Source of the DNA: Victivallales bacterium
GTDB taxonomy: Bacteria > Verrucomicrobiota > Lentisphaeria > Victivallales > GWF2-38-69
DNA: 64,000 nt
Reading direction: 5' to 3'
Assembly: GCA_965228125.1 (NCBI GenBank)
Contig: OZ245791.1
Location: forward strand, 117,538 to 181,537
Shown: positions 46,717-55,555 of the stretch, one piece after another
How positions within the stretch are numbered: the stretch's first letter is position 1
How the letters are laid out: each line of letters begins with the position of its first letter
Notes under the pieces: model-generated
What the model was told of the DNA's origin: nothing
The model's input: the letters and a program-made list of their open reading frames with translations, nothing else
Database searches by the model: none
Position numbers and translations under genes: made by a program

Positions 46717-47327
46717 ATCCCATTTCCTATTCTTGGAGAATCATTTGCAAAGCCTGTTGAAAAATCAGAAAAGGAATCGCTTATATTTGTAAGCTCAGAA
46801 TAATATTTGCTATATTCTTTAATGTCATGAGAATATTTCAGCATCCATTTAAAGTTACAGAAAGTTTCATCGATTAGGACTTCAAAATGATTTTTGGGAA
46901 ACTGAAGCGGCAAATCTGGAGTCATTATCATGGGGTCAATTATAACTCTTGATTCATAATATTTATTATTATATTTATCTCTTTCTTTTGAAGTTATAAT
47001 TCGGTACCATCCGGCCGCTTCATTTTGCATATTAAGCAGGATAGAAACAGCCCTGTCAAGCTGGGTTGCCATTTTTGAATTTTCGAGCGTGATTTCTTTT
47101 ATTTCTCCCACTTGTCCAAGGGTATTGTCTGCTTTTTCAGATAGGCCGGTCGTGTTGGAAATTATCTGTTGATGATCTTTTTGCGAAGAATCCATCCATT
47201 TCTCGACAATGTCTGTCAAGTCACTTTTTGCAATAGCAATAGTTACCCCCACTGCTATGATGGCAAATATTATAGCCCACGCAGTAGGGGTAAGTTTTGA
47301 AAAAATTGCTTTTAGCAGCTCAATCAT
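46713..47327 (-). CDS. prophage type-II membrane protein with coiled-coil ectodomain (i-spanin-like topology)
   Basis: Single N-terminal TM (WAIIFAIIAVGVTIAIAK). 204 aa. ATG directly follows the upstream stop. Confidence 0.45.
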   Translation of the reverse strand: MIELLKAIFSKLTPTAWAIIFAIIAVGVTIAIAKSDLTDIVEKWMDSSQKDHQQIISNTTGLSEKADNTLGQVGEIKEITLENSKMATQLDRAVSILLNMQNEAAGWYRIITSKERDKYNNKYYESRVIIDPMIMTPDLPLQFPKNHFEVLIDETFCNFKWMLKYSHDIKEYSKYYSELTNISDSFSDFSTGFANDSPRIGNGI

Positions 47328-47567
47328 TTACTTCTGCAGAAAATGGATGATTACATCGAGTAGAGTTTTAGCTCCTGCGGTTTCAGCTTCTTTTAAGAGT
47401 TCCTGAAGTTTTGCTTTATCGCCAGGCAAATCAGGGTGATACGCTTCTGTTGCCTTAATTACCTTGTCGGCAAGCCCAAGCCCTTTACCTACATCGTCAA
47501 CCACTTTTTCTGCCTTCTCCACGACTTCATCAGCCTTAGATAGTGCGCTATTTTTTTCTTCGGCCAT
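47328..47567 (-). CDS. prophage 79-aa charged helical protein
   Basis: SD AAGGAGAAGG upstream. No TM segment and no motif recognised. Confidence 0.45.
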   Translation of the reverse strand: MAEEKNSALSKADEVVEKAEKVVDDVGKGLGLADKVIKATEAYHPDLPGDKAKLQELLKEAETAGAKTLLDVIIHFLQK

Positions 47568-47646
47568 AACCTTCTCCTTTTAGGTTATTATTTTTGATAT
47601 GCCTCACTTGCTTGTGAGGGTAAATTTACCTTGCTTAAATATTCAG

Positions 47647-48558
47647 TCAGAGCAACTTTTCAGCTGCGGCCCTGCCGGAGTTGATAAGTATGTCCTGCTG
47701 CTCCGGAGTAATATCAAATTCCAGTACTCCAATCCCACATGGATCTACAACGCCGCTTCTGGCAACATCAATAGGAACTCTTGAGTACTTGTCAAATTCA
47801 GCGTTCATGATGGTCTGAACGAGATTGGAAAGGTATTTGATAATATTGTGCCCGAGGTGTGCGTCCTTAGGAGTGAACTTCTCAACGATAAATCCGATAG
47901 TCTCGTCAATAGCACAAGTTGGGTCAAACACATCGATTGGATAATCGTATGTAGTCCCGCCGTCAACACAACAATCTTTGTCTATTGTTACCGGTCTGAA
48001 TACGATAGGAATTGACATAGAGGCATGAACAGCATCAACAACTTTCATATCAGGATATGTGTCTTTATTTATTACCATTGATTTATTCGTCGATAAATTG
48101 CAAACAATAGTCGTAAGGTCTTTACCGGTTAAATCGTAAAGCTGTGAATAGGTAACTGTTTTTGGGATTCCTTTTTTGGCAAGAATAGATTCAAACCAGT
48201 CTTTGATAGCTTTTCCCTTGCAAAGTCCCTGCCACTCAAGAATTCTTTCGCCTATTATAAGCGCATAGGTTTTATATGCTGAAGAAGGAACTTTTCCTTT
48301 TATTAAGGCAGGAATATCCAGAGGTTCAGAATCCAGAAGTGTCCTAAAGTCTGTAGATTTTAGAAGTTCAGTTAACTCCTTTGAATTAAACCCCAGAGCG
48401 CAGAGAAAAGCAGCTATAGATCCAGCCGACGCCCCTGCAAATCTAGTCATCTTTTGATAGATTCCCTTTTCTTCAAGTACCTGAACCACTCCCGCATAAG
48501 CGATCCCCAGGATTCCGCATCCTGAAAAAACTAAGTTTTTGAGTTTAGATGTGTCCAT
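47647..48558 (-). CDS. patatin-like phospholipase
   Basis: Oxyanion-hole SGCGILG, nucleophile elbow GASAG, catalytic Asp in VDGG. 303 aa. SD AAGGAG upstream. Confidence 0.85.
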   Translation of the reverse strand: MDTSKLKNLVFSGCGILGIAYAGVVQVLEEKGIYQKMTRFAGASAGSIAAFLCALGFNSKELTELLKSTDFRTLLDSEPLDIPALIKGKVPSSAYKTYALIIGERILEWQGLCKGKAIKDWFESILAKKGIPKTVTYSQLYDLTGKDLTTIVCNLSTNKSMVINKDTYPDMKVVDAVHASMSIPIVFRPVTIDKDCCVDGGTTYDYPIDVFDPTCAIDETIGFIVEKFTPKDAHLGHNIIKYLSNLVQTIMNAEFDKYSRVPIDVARSGVVDPCGIGVLEFDITPEQQDILINSGRAAAEKLL

Positions 48559-48575
48559 TTGTTTTGTTCTCCTTT

Positions 48576-49211
48576 TTATTTTGGGTTAGCAATAATAAAA
48601 ACAGTGTAAGTACTGTTATCATTTTTTTGTGAAGTGACAGTTAAACCAGTTTCATCTAGTCCATCAACAAATCTAATTGGAGCAACCCCTTCAGGAACAG
48701 TTGGGCCATAAGGCATAATAAGATCTCCAACGATTGGATCAGTAATAAAAATAGTAAAATCATGCTCTTCCCACACTGGAGGAGTAGGAATAGTGGATGG
48801 AGGAATAGGAGGCTGCGGCAACTGTGTCATTATTTTGTATTTTGCACTAATTTGAGCTGTAATTTCTCTTTCCTTATTCATAGGATTTACATTCATTACT
48901 ATTTGATATACATCATACTCAAACGGTATTCCGAGCATGGCGTTTTCAATTGATGAAGGATTTGGATAATCAGGATTACGCAGCACAAAATTTTCTTTGG
49001 ATATTTTATATATATCAAATATATTTAGCGATGAACTCAACTCAAAATAAATAGGAATAGGAGACGATGGCTGAATTGGCTGAGGATCAACTATTGGGAC
49101 CGGCGGTGGCCTAAAATTATAATCGCTTTTAAATACAAAGTTTACAGTTGTATCGGAAAACGTAGAAAGGGACATCAACGCAATTAAAATTATAAGAAGT
49201 TTTTTTATCAT
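48576..49211 (-). CDS. prophage exported Pro-rich protein
   Basis: Signal peptide MIKKLLIILIALMSLSTFS. Proline-rich stretches PPPVPIVDPQPIQPSSPIP and PQPPIPPSTIPTPP. Confidence 0.5.
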   Translation of the reverse strand: MIKKLLIILIALMSLSTFSDTTVNFVFKSDYNFRPPPVPIVDPQPIQPSSPIPIYFELSSSLNIFDIYKISKENFVLRNPDYPNPSSIENAMLGIPFEYDVYQIVMNVNPMNKEREITAQISAKYKIMTQLPQPPIPPSTIPTPPVWEEHDFTIFITDPIVGDLIMPYGPTVPEGVAPIRFVDGLDETGLTVTSQKNDNSTYTVFIIANPK

Positions 49212-49221
49212 AAAACATCCT

Positions 49222-50592
49222 TTATTTTGCCTTAATAAATAAACCAGATTCAGGCGGTAGAGTTTTTATATAGTCGGAGTCGTCAGGAAGCCTAAAATAA
49301 GAATCCCCTGGCGTATAAGTAAATTCTCCGTTAGGAACTAGATTTATAGTGCCATTATTTATAACAAGATCATCAACCACTACATAATCGCCAGCTTTAA
49401 GCCCCTTACCGACAAGTGTAATAGTTATCGTCATCCACTCTATCGATGCTCCAATTTTTTGCGTGTCGATATATTTAAACCAATCTGTTGTTGTACTCGT
49501 TACGTGCGCATTCCCTTGACCCACATGCGACTTTGATCCATCATACATATCAACTTGTATATTTACTTCAGTTTTAGCGTCAATAAATGCCTGAGAGGCT
49601 TTTATCATTACAGAGAATGGACAACTAATTGCACCTTTTTCATTACCTGTTACAGGTATATAATCAGAGGATTCTACGGTACAGTCTGTGTTATCTGAAC
49701 TTGCTTCAAGGTTAATTGCAGACGGGGCAGATACAAAATCGACGACATCAATTTCTGCCCCAATTCCAAGAGTCCAGTTTGGCATATTAGTTGATGAGTC
49801 CCAGCGACACCATTTTGTTTTATCAAACGGCCACTCATCTGGAGTTGCGCATCTTACATTGTTAGCTATTGACCAGTCGTAAAGAGCCTGGTAATCTTTA
49901 GCTGAATATTGCTGTCCTGTTCTTGGCAACCAAGTAGCATCAGGAGCAGAGTCAAAAAATGCAGCACTAAAACCGATGGGGAAATTCATGCTGCCGCCTG
50001 GTATTGGAGTCCATGCATTGTTTTGCTGTCCATACAGAACGCCATCTTTTGGGGCAGGCCCAAGATAATTTCCTTTAGGTTGATATTTATTATCAGATTC
50101 CGTTTTAGTATAAGAATCGCCGATATTCGCTTTCTTTTTTATGTCGGCGGTATTTGTAGCTATAGCTGTAGCATTTGTGCCGACATTTGCATTTGTTTGA
50201 GCTAACGCCGTATCAGTTGCTAGTCCTACTGCTGATAATTTTACATCACCGGTAGCTTTGTCTGCTAAAATAAACTCACTTCCGGTTATACTTGTAACTC
50301 CGGCCGTTCCGCCGCCCTGAACTACTGTCCAAACTTTATTTTGCCGCCCGTACTGTTTGCCGTCAGATGGAGCTTCGTCTATTTTTGTTGCTACAAGATC
50401 GCTAAGCGTATTAAATATACTAGTAATAAAGTTATTACTGCGGCAGTGGTCAGTGGCAAGAGCAGCTCCCGGACTGTCGTCTATAAGGCTATCGTTTGAG
50501 AGTTGCGCAATATGCGGTTGAAACTTTATTGCCACCGCAATTAAAAGGATTAAAAGTCCAGTAATTAGAAATAACCATGTATTTCTTTTCAT
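49222..50592 (-). CDS. tail-fibre-like protein with N-terminal membrane anchor or signal
   Basis: N-terminus MKRNTWLFLITGLLILLIAVAIKF. Two copies of the fibre motif (APSDGKQYGRQNKVWTVVQGGG; APKDGVLYGQQNNAWTPIPGG). Confidence 0.55.
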   Translation of the reverse strand: MKRNTWLFLITGLLILLIAVAIKFQPHIAQLSNDSLIDDSPGAALATDHCRSNNFITSIFNTLSDLVATKIDEAPSDGKQYGRQNKVWTVVQGGGTAGVTSITGSEFILADKATGDVKLSAVGLATDTALAQTNANVGTNATAIATNTADIKKKANIGDSYTKTESDNKYQPKGNYLGPAPKDGVLYGQQNNAWTPIPGGSMNFPIGFSAAFFDSAPDATWLPRTGQQYSAKDYQALYDWSIANNVRCATPDEWPFDKTKWCRWDSSTNMPNWTLGIGAEIDVVDFVSAPSAINLEASSDNTDCTVESSDYIPVTGNEKGAISCPFSVMIKASQAFIDAKTEVNIQVDMYDGSKSHVGQGNAHVTSTTTDWFKYIDTQKIGASIEWMTITITLVGKGLKAGDYVVVDDLVINNGTINLVPNGEFTYTPGDSYFRLPDDSDYIKTLPPESGLFIKAK

Positions 50593-51533
50593 TATTTATT
50601 CTCCTCATTGTTGATATATTTAATTAAGATTGTGTCATCCTTGGAATTGCTTTCGAGGTAAATAGGTTTGGTAGAATTAAGTCCTATAATGTCGCCCGGT
50701 TTCTTAGCCTGAATCAAACCCGCTCCGTTAACGAGTATTCCGGCAATGCTAGGCGTGCTTGAGCCTCCGGAATTATCTACATATTTCCAGGTCTTATTCT
50801 TGGAATCAAAAGCAAGAACCTGCCCGTCATTTTCTGCTTTGGGTTCGGGAACCGGATAGCCCCATAAACTCGTAATGACTTTGTCGTCCGTATATTTTTT
50901 TGCACTTTGCAGCGTTGTAGCATCCTGAGCATCGACATAGTTTTTGTCGGTTTTTGCTTTTACTGTGGGATTCTTGGCTATATCTGTGTCTAAATCTGTT
51001 TTTAATTCATAGTTTGCAAATTCTTTCTGCAGATCCTGTTGTTTGTTTATGTCTCCGGTGATAGCTCCCCACGATGCCGAGGATGGTCCACCACCTTGAA
51101 CTTCTTCCCAGGCATTATTCTGCCTGCCGTATATCTTGCCGTCTGCTGGGGCGTCATTTATTTTTGCGTCGAGCGCTTCCTGTAGGCCTTGGACATAAGC
51201 TATTGCACTAGGATAGAAATCAGGTTTTCCGGGGAGTTTACCGAATAAGAAATCAGCCTTATTTAATTTCTCGACGAAAGTCTTTCCGTCAAATACATCT
51301 GTACCGTCATTAAGCATGGCTGCAGCAGCCCTGCAACTAAGATCAGGAGCTACTGCCGCGGTCGCTTCAAGATTTATTAAACCTGTTATCGGATCCGGAG
51401 CAATATTCACACTGCCTCCGGGAGATTGCAGATTGACATTGCCATAACAGCCATTGATCTGATAAACTGTTTTCGGGGCTGAAAAACTTATTAAAGCAAT
51501 AAACAAGAAGAATAGGATTAAGATTCGTTTCAT
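50592..51533 (-). CDS. tail-fibre-like protein with signal peptide
   Basis: ATG 51533 after GGGAGG. MKRILILFFLFIALISFSAP. Motifs APADGKIYGRQNNAWEEVQGGG and ENDGQVLAFDSKNKTWKYVDNSGG. Confidence 0.55.
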   Translation of the reverse strand: MKRILILFFLFIALISFSAPKTVYQINGCYGNVNLQSPGGSVNIAPDPITGLINLEATAAVAPDLSCRAAAAMLNDGTDVFDGKTFVEKLNKADFLFGKLPGKPDFYPSAIAYVQGLQEALDAKINDAPADGKIYGRQNNAWEEVQGGGPSSASWGAITGDINKQQDLQKEFANYELKTDLDTDIAKNPTVKAKTDKNYVDAQDATTLQSAKKYTDDKVITSLWGYPVPEPKAENDGQVLAFDSKNKTWKYVDNSGGSSTPSIAGILVNGAGLIQAKKPGDIIGLNSTKPIYLESNSKDDTILIKYINNEENK

Positions 51534-51545
51534 TTTTCCTCCCAC

Positions 51546-51863
51546 TTAAGATAATGAGCGTGGACAAACAAGTTGAATCTTGCAGTCAAAACTTGATAAC
51601 AATGACAAGTCAGAAAAACAGCACGAAGATATGAGCGGAAAACTAGCCATGCTAGCCGTGAACATATAAGAATTATCGTTATCCTCGGCCATATTCGCAC
51701 CGCTGTTGATCCGGATATAATCTCCTCCATTTACGGCTGCAACTATTTCGATCTGGTTTATTGTCGCAGGGAAGACGATCGTCTTTTCAACGCCTTTCTT
51801 GAGTTCGAAAAACTTTTTTTGCCCTGCTATTTCCTTGTTTGTACTGGAATTATTTACTCTCAT
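51546..51863 (-). CDS. prophage hypothetical protein
   Basis: 105 aa. SD CGGAG. Runs right up to the RBS of the next gene. Confidence 0.4.
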   Translation of the reverse strand: MRVNNSSTNKEIAGQKKFFELKKGVEKTIVFPATINQIEIVAAVNGGDYIRINSGANMAEDNDNSYMFTASMASFPLISSCCFSDLSLLSSFDCKIQLVCPRSLS

Positions 51864-51890
51864 ACAAGCTCCGTGTTAATTTGACTAAAT

Positions 51891-51925
51891 AAAAAAAAGC
51901 CCTGAAGGCGATTGCCTCAATACAG
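51891..51925 (-). terminator. hairpin plus U8 between the promoter-like motif and the 51863 start
   Basis: Reverse strand reads CCTG-tattg-AGGC-aatc-GCCT-t-CAGG-GC-TTTTTTTT. Confidence 0.5.
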
Positions 51926-51927
51926 GA

Positions 51928-51956
51928 CTTATATAATCTCAAAATTAACCTAAAAA
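51928..51956 (-). promoter_or_regulatory. prophage promoter-like motif, copy 4
   Basis: Reverse strand reads TTTTTAGGTTAATTTTGAGATTATATAAG. Confidence 0.5.
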
Positions 51957-51971
51957 TTTTTCAGGATTTTT

Positions 51972-54374
51972 TCATTGATTTATTCCATTGTTTAATATTT
52001 CAATAAGTTCTTCCATTGTCTTATTTGGCAGGTCTGCAATAACTGCTCCGGCCGAAATATCTGAGACAAAAGCAAATGGCGGCATATTAAAAGGTAGTAC
52101 CGCTTTAACGTATTTATCCCAACGTTGTACCTCGTTAAACTCGTCAGTCTGCTCAATGATTTTTGTGATGATAGCTTGCATGACATCATTCTTTTTTACA
52201 TCGTCAGGGATAAGGGAGTTTGAGTCTTTATCGTAAGAATAATATTGGATCTGATTTGGATAATCAGGAGCCTTAACAAACTTGTTTTCATTCTTGATAT
52301 AAAAATCACCTTCTACTGTGTCAGGGGGGCATTCTATAAAAACGCCTTCTACAAAGAAATCCGTAGGATCGTAGTTAATTATTTCACATATTTGATAAGG
52401 ACTATTGGACGCTCCTAGGATGTTTGCATAAAATTTACCGTTCACAGGTAACTCAATAGGGATTGCCTTTACGTCTATTCCTTCATTTACTGCTGTTGCT
52501 GTGCCGTACTCAAAAATCCATATTCCTCCATTTGTTCCTGCCGCATTATGATTACTTGCGCTACAACCCGGAAAAGGTGTATCCGTTGACGCATCTGCGG
52601 CACTTCCACTTAACGCAAATCCGCAACTCGAACCAATAAACCTATCAACAGAGCTTCCCCAGATACTCTGAGCGACCATGCCTATTAGTTTGTTTGATAT
52701 AATCGCTTTGCCAGCAATATAACTTCCATCCGAAGTGTATGAAGATGCAGATGTTATATCAGAACCAAATGATGAACTATTAACCGCTTCACCATTATTA
52801 TGTTGACACTGAGCTACTTGAATATTATATGAAGCTAAAGGTTTAGAAATATATCCAATTCCAACCGAGCCTCCAAATCCGGGCCCGTAATTACTTGAAT
52901 ATCCCGCACCTGATATTACATAAACTAATATTGCCGTAGTTCCCGGCGTAGGTGTATATGTAACAGGGGTGGTGTAATCTCGATATTCAGCCCCCCCGAT
53001 ATTTTTAGGGTCACCGGCATATTGATAACAAATCATTCGCTGAGCAACCGGCAGACTGCCTATAGTAGATGGATCCACATATTTCCAACTCCCATCTTTG
53101 TTACGCTCTAATAATTGAGCGTCTGCTAAGGGCACAGATATAGTATCCTGCTTTTTTGTAATTCTGTCTGCTAAAGTTTTTGTCGCAACAGTTGAGGCTC
53201 CTGTGCTAGATTGATTTAAATCAGGATTATCGCTTAGTTGTGTCGCTGGAGTTTCAGCAGACGCCCATGTACCTGTTTTATCTCCGACAGGATTAACTAT
53301 CTTATTAGGAGTTTTTAAAGCCTTATATTCTTTCCCGTCTGAGCCGATCACCCTGCCGTTAACTTTAACATCTGCCGCCAAACTCGACCAGAAAGTGGTA
53401 CCTTCTGTTTTATCGACATAATCTCCTTTTTGACCGCCTTCTCCCCAGTAACGGGTCTTGTCTGTTTTTGAGTGCAGCACATATCCATCCTGCTCAGGTG
53501 CGCCTAGGCCATCTTCTTTCTTGCGATAGTTTCCTGTAGTATCATCATTTCTGTTGTCCAGTACTGTGCCGTCTTTTTGTATAGTAGCGCACAGCTCTAC
53601 ATAGTGCTGCTGGTTTGCAGAGTCGAGATAATCACTCTGTGTCGTGGCTGAAATAACAAGCTGCCATTTAGCTTCTACGCCTTGGTAATTCCCTTCAAGC
53701 CATGCATCGATATAAACAAGTTGAGGCAGAGTACCCACTTTGCCTATGTCGCTTTGAATAGGGTTCAGGATTCTTATGCCTCTGATATATGCTATACCAG
53801 GCTCGATAGTGTAATTAGTCGCGCTCTTTTTAAGGAGGAAGGCGTCATTCTCGAAAAACTTATTGCCGTACAAATCCCAATTCGAGCATCTCTCCCTGTC
53901 ATCAATTCCCTTGAAACGCTCAAAGAAATCGATCTGCCAAGTCTCGGCCGAAACTACCACGCCGGTAAGATCCTTAATGTTTAAGTACTGGAAGCCGATA
54001 TTCTTGGAAATAGTATTGCCTATCTCAAACTGGCTTGTCTTCTGTTTATGCGTAAGGACATTATAGGAAATAACCATCAAGGTCTTGTACTCAGTATCGT
54101 AAATCCCTACCCAGTTGAAATCAAAATCCCCTACATCAGGCCCCAGTACTGCAGAATAAACCACGCAACTCGGACTGACATACCCTACCTTTGTCATGCC
54201 GCACTCGTAAACAATTTCTGACGGATCCGGCATTCCCTCGTCCGGAGAAGGTTCTTCACTCGGATCCAGTCCGGGAATATTAGCAAAGATAAATTTATCG
54301 ATATCAAGAATCTTTTTTTCTGCCTGCAGTTGAGCGATCAGCTCTAACCCTGCGTTAGTTATAATAGCTCCCAT
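51972..54374 (-). CDS. tail fibre protein (P2 gpH-like N-terminal domain)
   Basis: N-terminus MGAIITNAGLELIAQLQAEKKILDIDKFIFANIPG...FDFNWVGIYDTEYKTLMVISY resembles the gpH/tail-collar N-terminal domain. 800 aa. Internal motif NKDGSWKYVDPS. Confidence 0.7.
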   Translation of the reverse strand: MGAIITNAGLELIAQLQAEKKILDIDKFIFANIPGLDPSEEPSPDEGMPDPSEIVYECGMTKVGYVSPSCVVYSAVLGPDVGDFDFNWVGIYDTEYKTLMVISYNVLTHKQKTSQFEIGNTISKNIGFQYLNIKDLTGVVVSAETWQIDFFERFKGIDDRERCSNWDLYGNKFFENDAFLLKKSATNYTIEPGIAYIRGIRILNPIQSDIGKVGTLPQLVYIDAWLEGNYQGVEAKWQLVISATTQSDYLDSANQQHYVELCATIQKDGTVLDNRNDDTTGNYRKKEDGLGAPEQDGYVLHSKTDKTRYWGEGGQKGDYVDKTEGTTFWSSLAADVKVNGRVIGSDGKEYKALKTPNKIVNPVGDKTGTWASAETPATQLSDNPDLNQSSTGASTVATKTLADRITKKQDTISVPLADAQLLERNKDGSWKYVDPSTIGSLPVAQRMICYQYAGDPKNIGGAEYRDYTTPVTYTPTPGTTAILVYVISGAGYSSNYGPGFGGSVGIGYISKPLASYNIQVAQCQHNNGEAVNSSSFGSDITSASSYTSDGSYIAGKAIISNKLIGMVAQSIWGSSVDRFIGSSCGFALSGSAADASTDTPFPGCSASNHNAAGTNGGIWIFEYGTATAVNEGIDVKAIPIELPVNGKFYANILGASNSPYQICEIINYDPTDFFVEGVFIECPPDTVEGDFYIKNENKFVKAPDYPNQIQYYSYDKDSNSLIPDDVKKNDVMQAIITKIIEQTDEFNEVQRWDKYVKAVLPFNMPPFAFVSDISAGAVIADLPNKTMEELIEILNNGINQ

Positions 54375-54382
54375 AAAAAACC

Positions 54383-55441
54383 TTAATTTTGAGTTTTAGG
54401 TGTTGAGTTTTGAGTGTTTCCTGTCCCCGATCCCCTATTCCCGTTGCCCTGGCTGATAAGCCTGTTCGACATTATGCGTTCGAAGTCAAACTTTATCTGC
54501 GCTCTTGCCGGAAGGACTTCATTGAGGTTAAGCCACGGCTGTGCCATTGATGTCACTTCTGTTTTCACATAAACATCGAGAGTCTTTTCCGGATCCCCGA
54601 AACCTCCGGTGTTTTCGGGTTTGATTGCCATTAACTGAGGTGGCACCCGATGGGCGGCAAGCACATCATTAGCTGATATGCTTTTTACATTCTGAAATTC
54701 ATCCTTCTGCGAAATGTCGCCAACAGGGACAATCTGCACTGATTTTTCCTTGCCGTGAGGGATATGCACATACATCGAGCGGAAATTGCCGATTCCTTTG
54801 CCTTTGCCCACAGCTTCTTTTATTTTTTCCTGTGCGTCTTTTGATAACGATGGATCAGAAGTGTAAAAGACATAGCCTATATGGCAGCCGTTCTTGTAAT
54901 ATTTACGGCGAAAAAGCGTCGCGTCCTGATTCAAAAGAGCTGACTGCAACGCGCTCATCCAGTCCGGGATCCCATAAACCTGCTGCTGTGTGTCGTATTC
55001 TTTTAGCTGTAGTATTTCCCCCGTTTGGAAATAGATATTCTGAAAAGGGTTTAACATCATAAACTGCGTGAAATCGCCCATTACTCTCATATTCAGAGCC
55101 GGCACATGCGTCATTTTTATCAGCGTGCCTATTATATTGTAATGCAACTGGACATACGCATTCCCGAAAGTAAGCAGGTCAAATTCGCAGTTCCTGAAAT
55201 CATTGAGCGAAAGAATTTTATTCTGCACATACGCCGAAGAAAGGATATTGCGCCTGAAAATAAGGGCCGAACCGTGGTAAGCATTCGCATTTCGCATCTT
55301 TGAAAGCCCTGTCATGGAAACAGGCGGTAGAAAATAATTTCCTGCAGGAGCCTGAAATACGCCGAGATATTCGGTTATCGGCTGGTCAAGTACACTTATT
55401 GGTTCGCCGAACTGTATGGTAATACTGCTGTCGTCAATCAT
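54383..55441 (-). CDS. phage portal protein, PBSX / P2 gpQ family
   Basis: FGEPISVLD, FGNAYVQL, YGIPDWMSALQSALLNQDATLFRRKYYKNGCHIGY, GIGNFRSMYVHIP, KDEFQNVKSISANDVLAAHRVPPQLMAIKPENTGGFGDPEK. This block order matches my memory of gpQ. Confidence 0.7.
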   Translation of the reverse strand: MIDDSSITIQFGEPISVLDQPITEYLGVFQAPAGNYFLPPVSMTGLSKMRNANAYHGSALIFRRNILSSAYVQNKILSLNDFRNCEFDLLTFGNAYVQLHYNIIGTLIKMTHVPALNMRVMGDFTQFMMLNPFQNIYFQTGEILQLKEYDTQQQVYGIPDWMSALQSALLNQDATLFRRKYYKNGCHIGYVFYTSDPSLSKDAQEKIKEAVGKGKGIGNFRSMYVHIPHGKEKSVQIVPVGDISQKDEFQNVKSISANDVLAAHRVPPQLMAIKPENTGGFGDPEKTLDVYVKTEVTSMAQPWLNLNEVLPARAQIKFDFERIMSNRLISQGNGNRGSGTGNTQNSTPKTQN

Positions 55442-55447
55442 ACTTTT

Positions 55448-55475
55448 GTGGCTCGTGATTCGTGGTTAGTGATTC
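55448..55475. repeat. G/T-rich heptamer-type leader element 1 (upstream of the portal ATG)
   Basis: Plus strand gtggctcgtgattcgtggttagtgattc. mRNA sense ...AATCACTAACCACGAATCACGAGCCAC-aaaagt-ATG. Confidence 0.8.
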
Positions 55476-55492
55476 ATAATTCTTTGCTCAAG

Positions 55493-55521
55493 TATATAAA
55501 CTCAAAAAGTTATCCTAAAAA
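55493..55521 (-). promoter_or_regulatory. prophage promoter-like motif, copy 3
   Basis: Reverse strand reads TTTTTAGGATAACTTTTTGAGTTTATATA(CT). Confidence 0.5.
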
Positions 55522-55555
55522 TTATTTAGATTATAAAACCAAAAAATCTCCTCTC

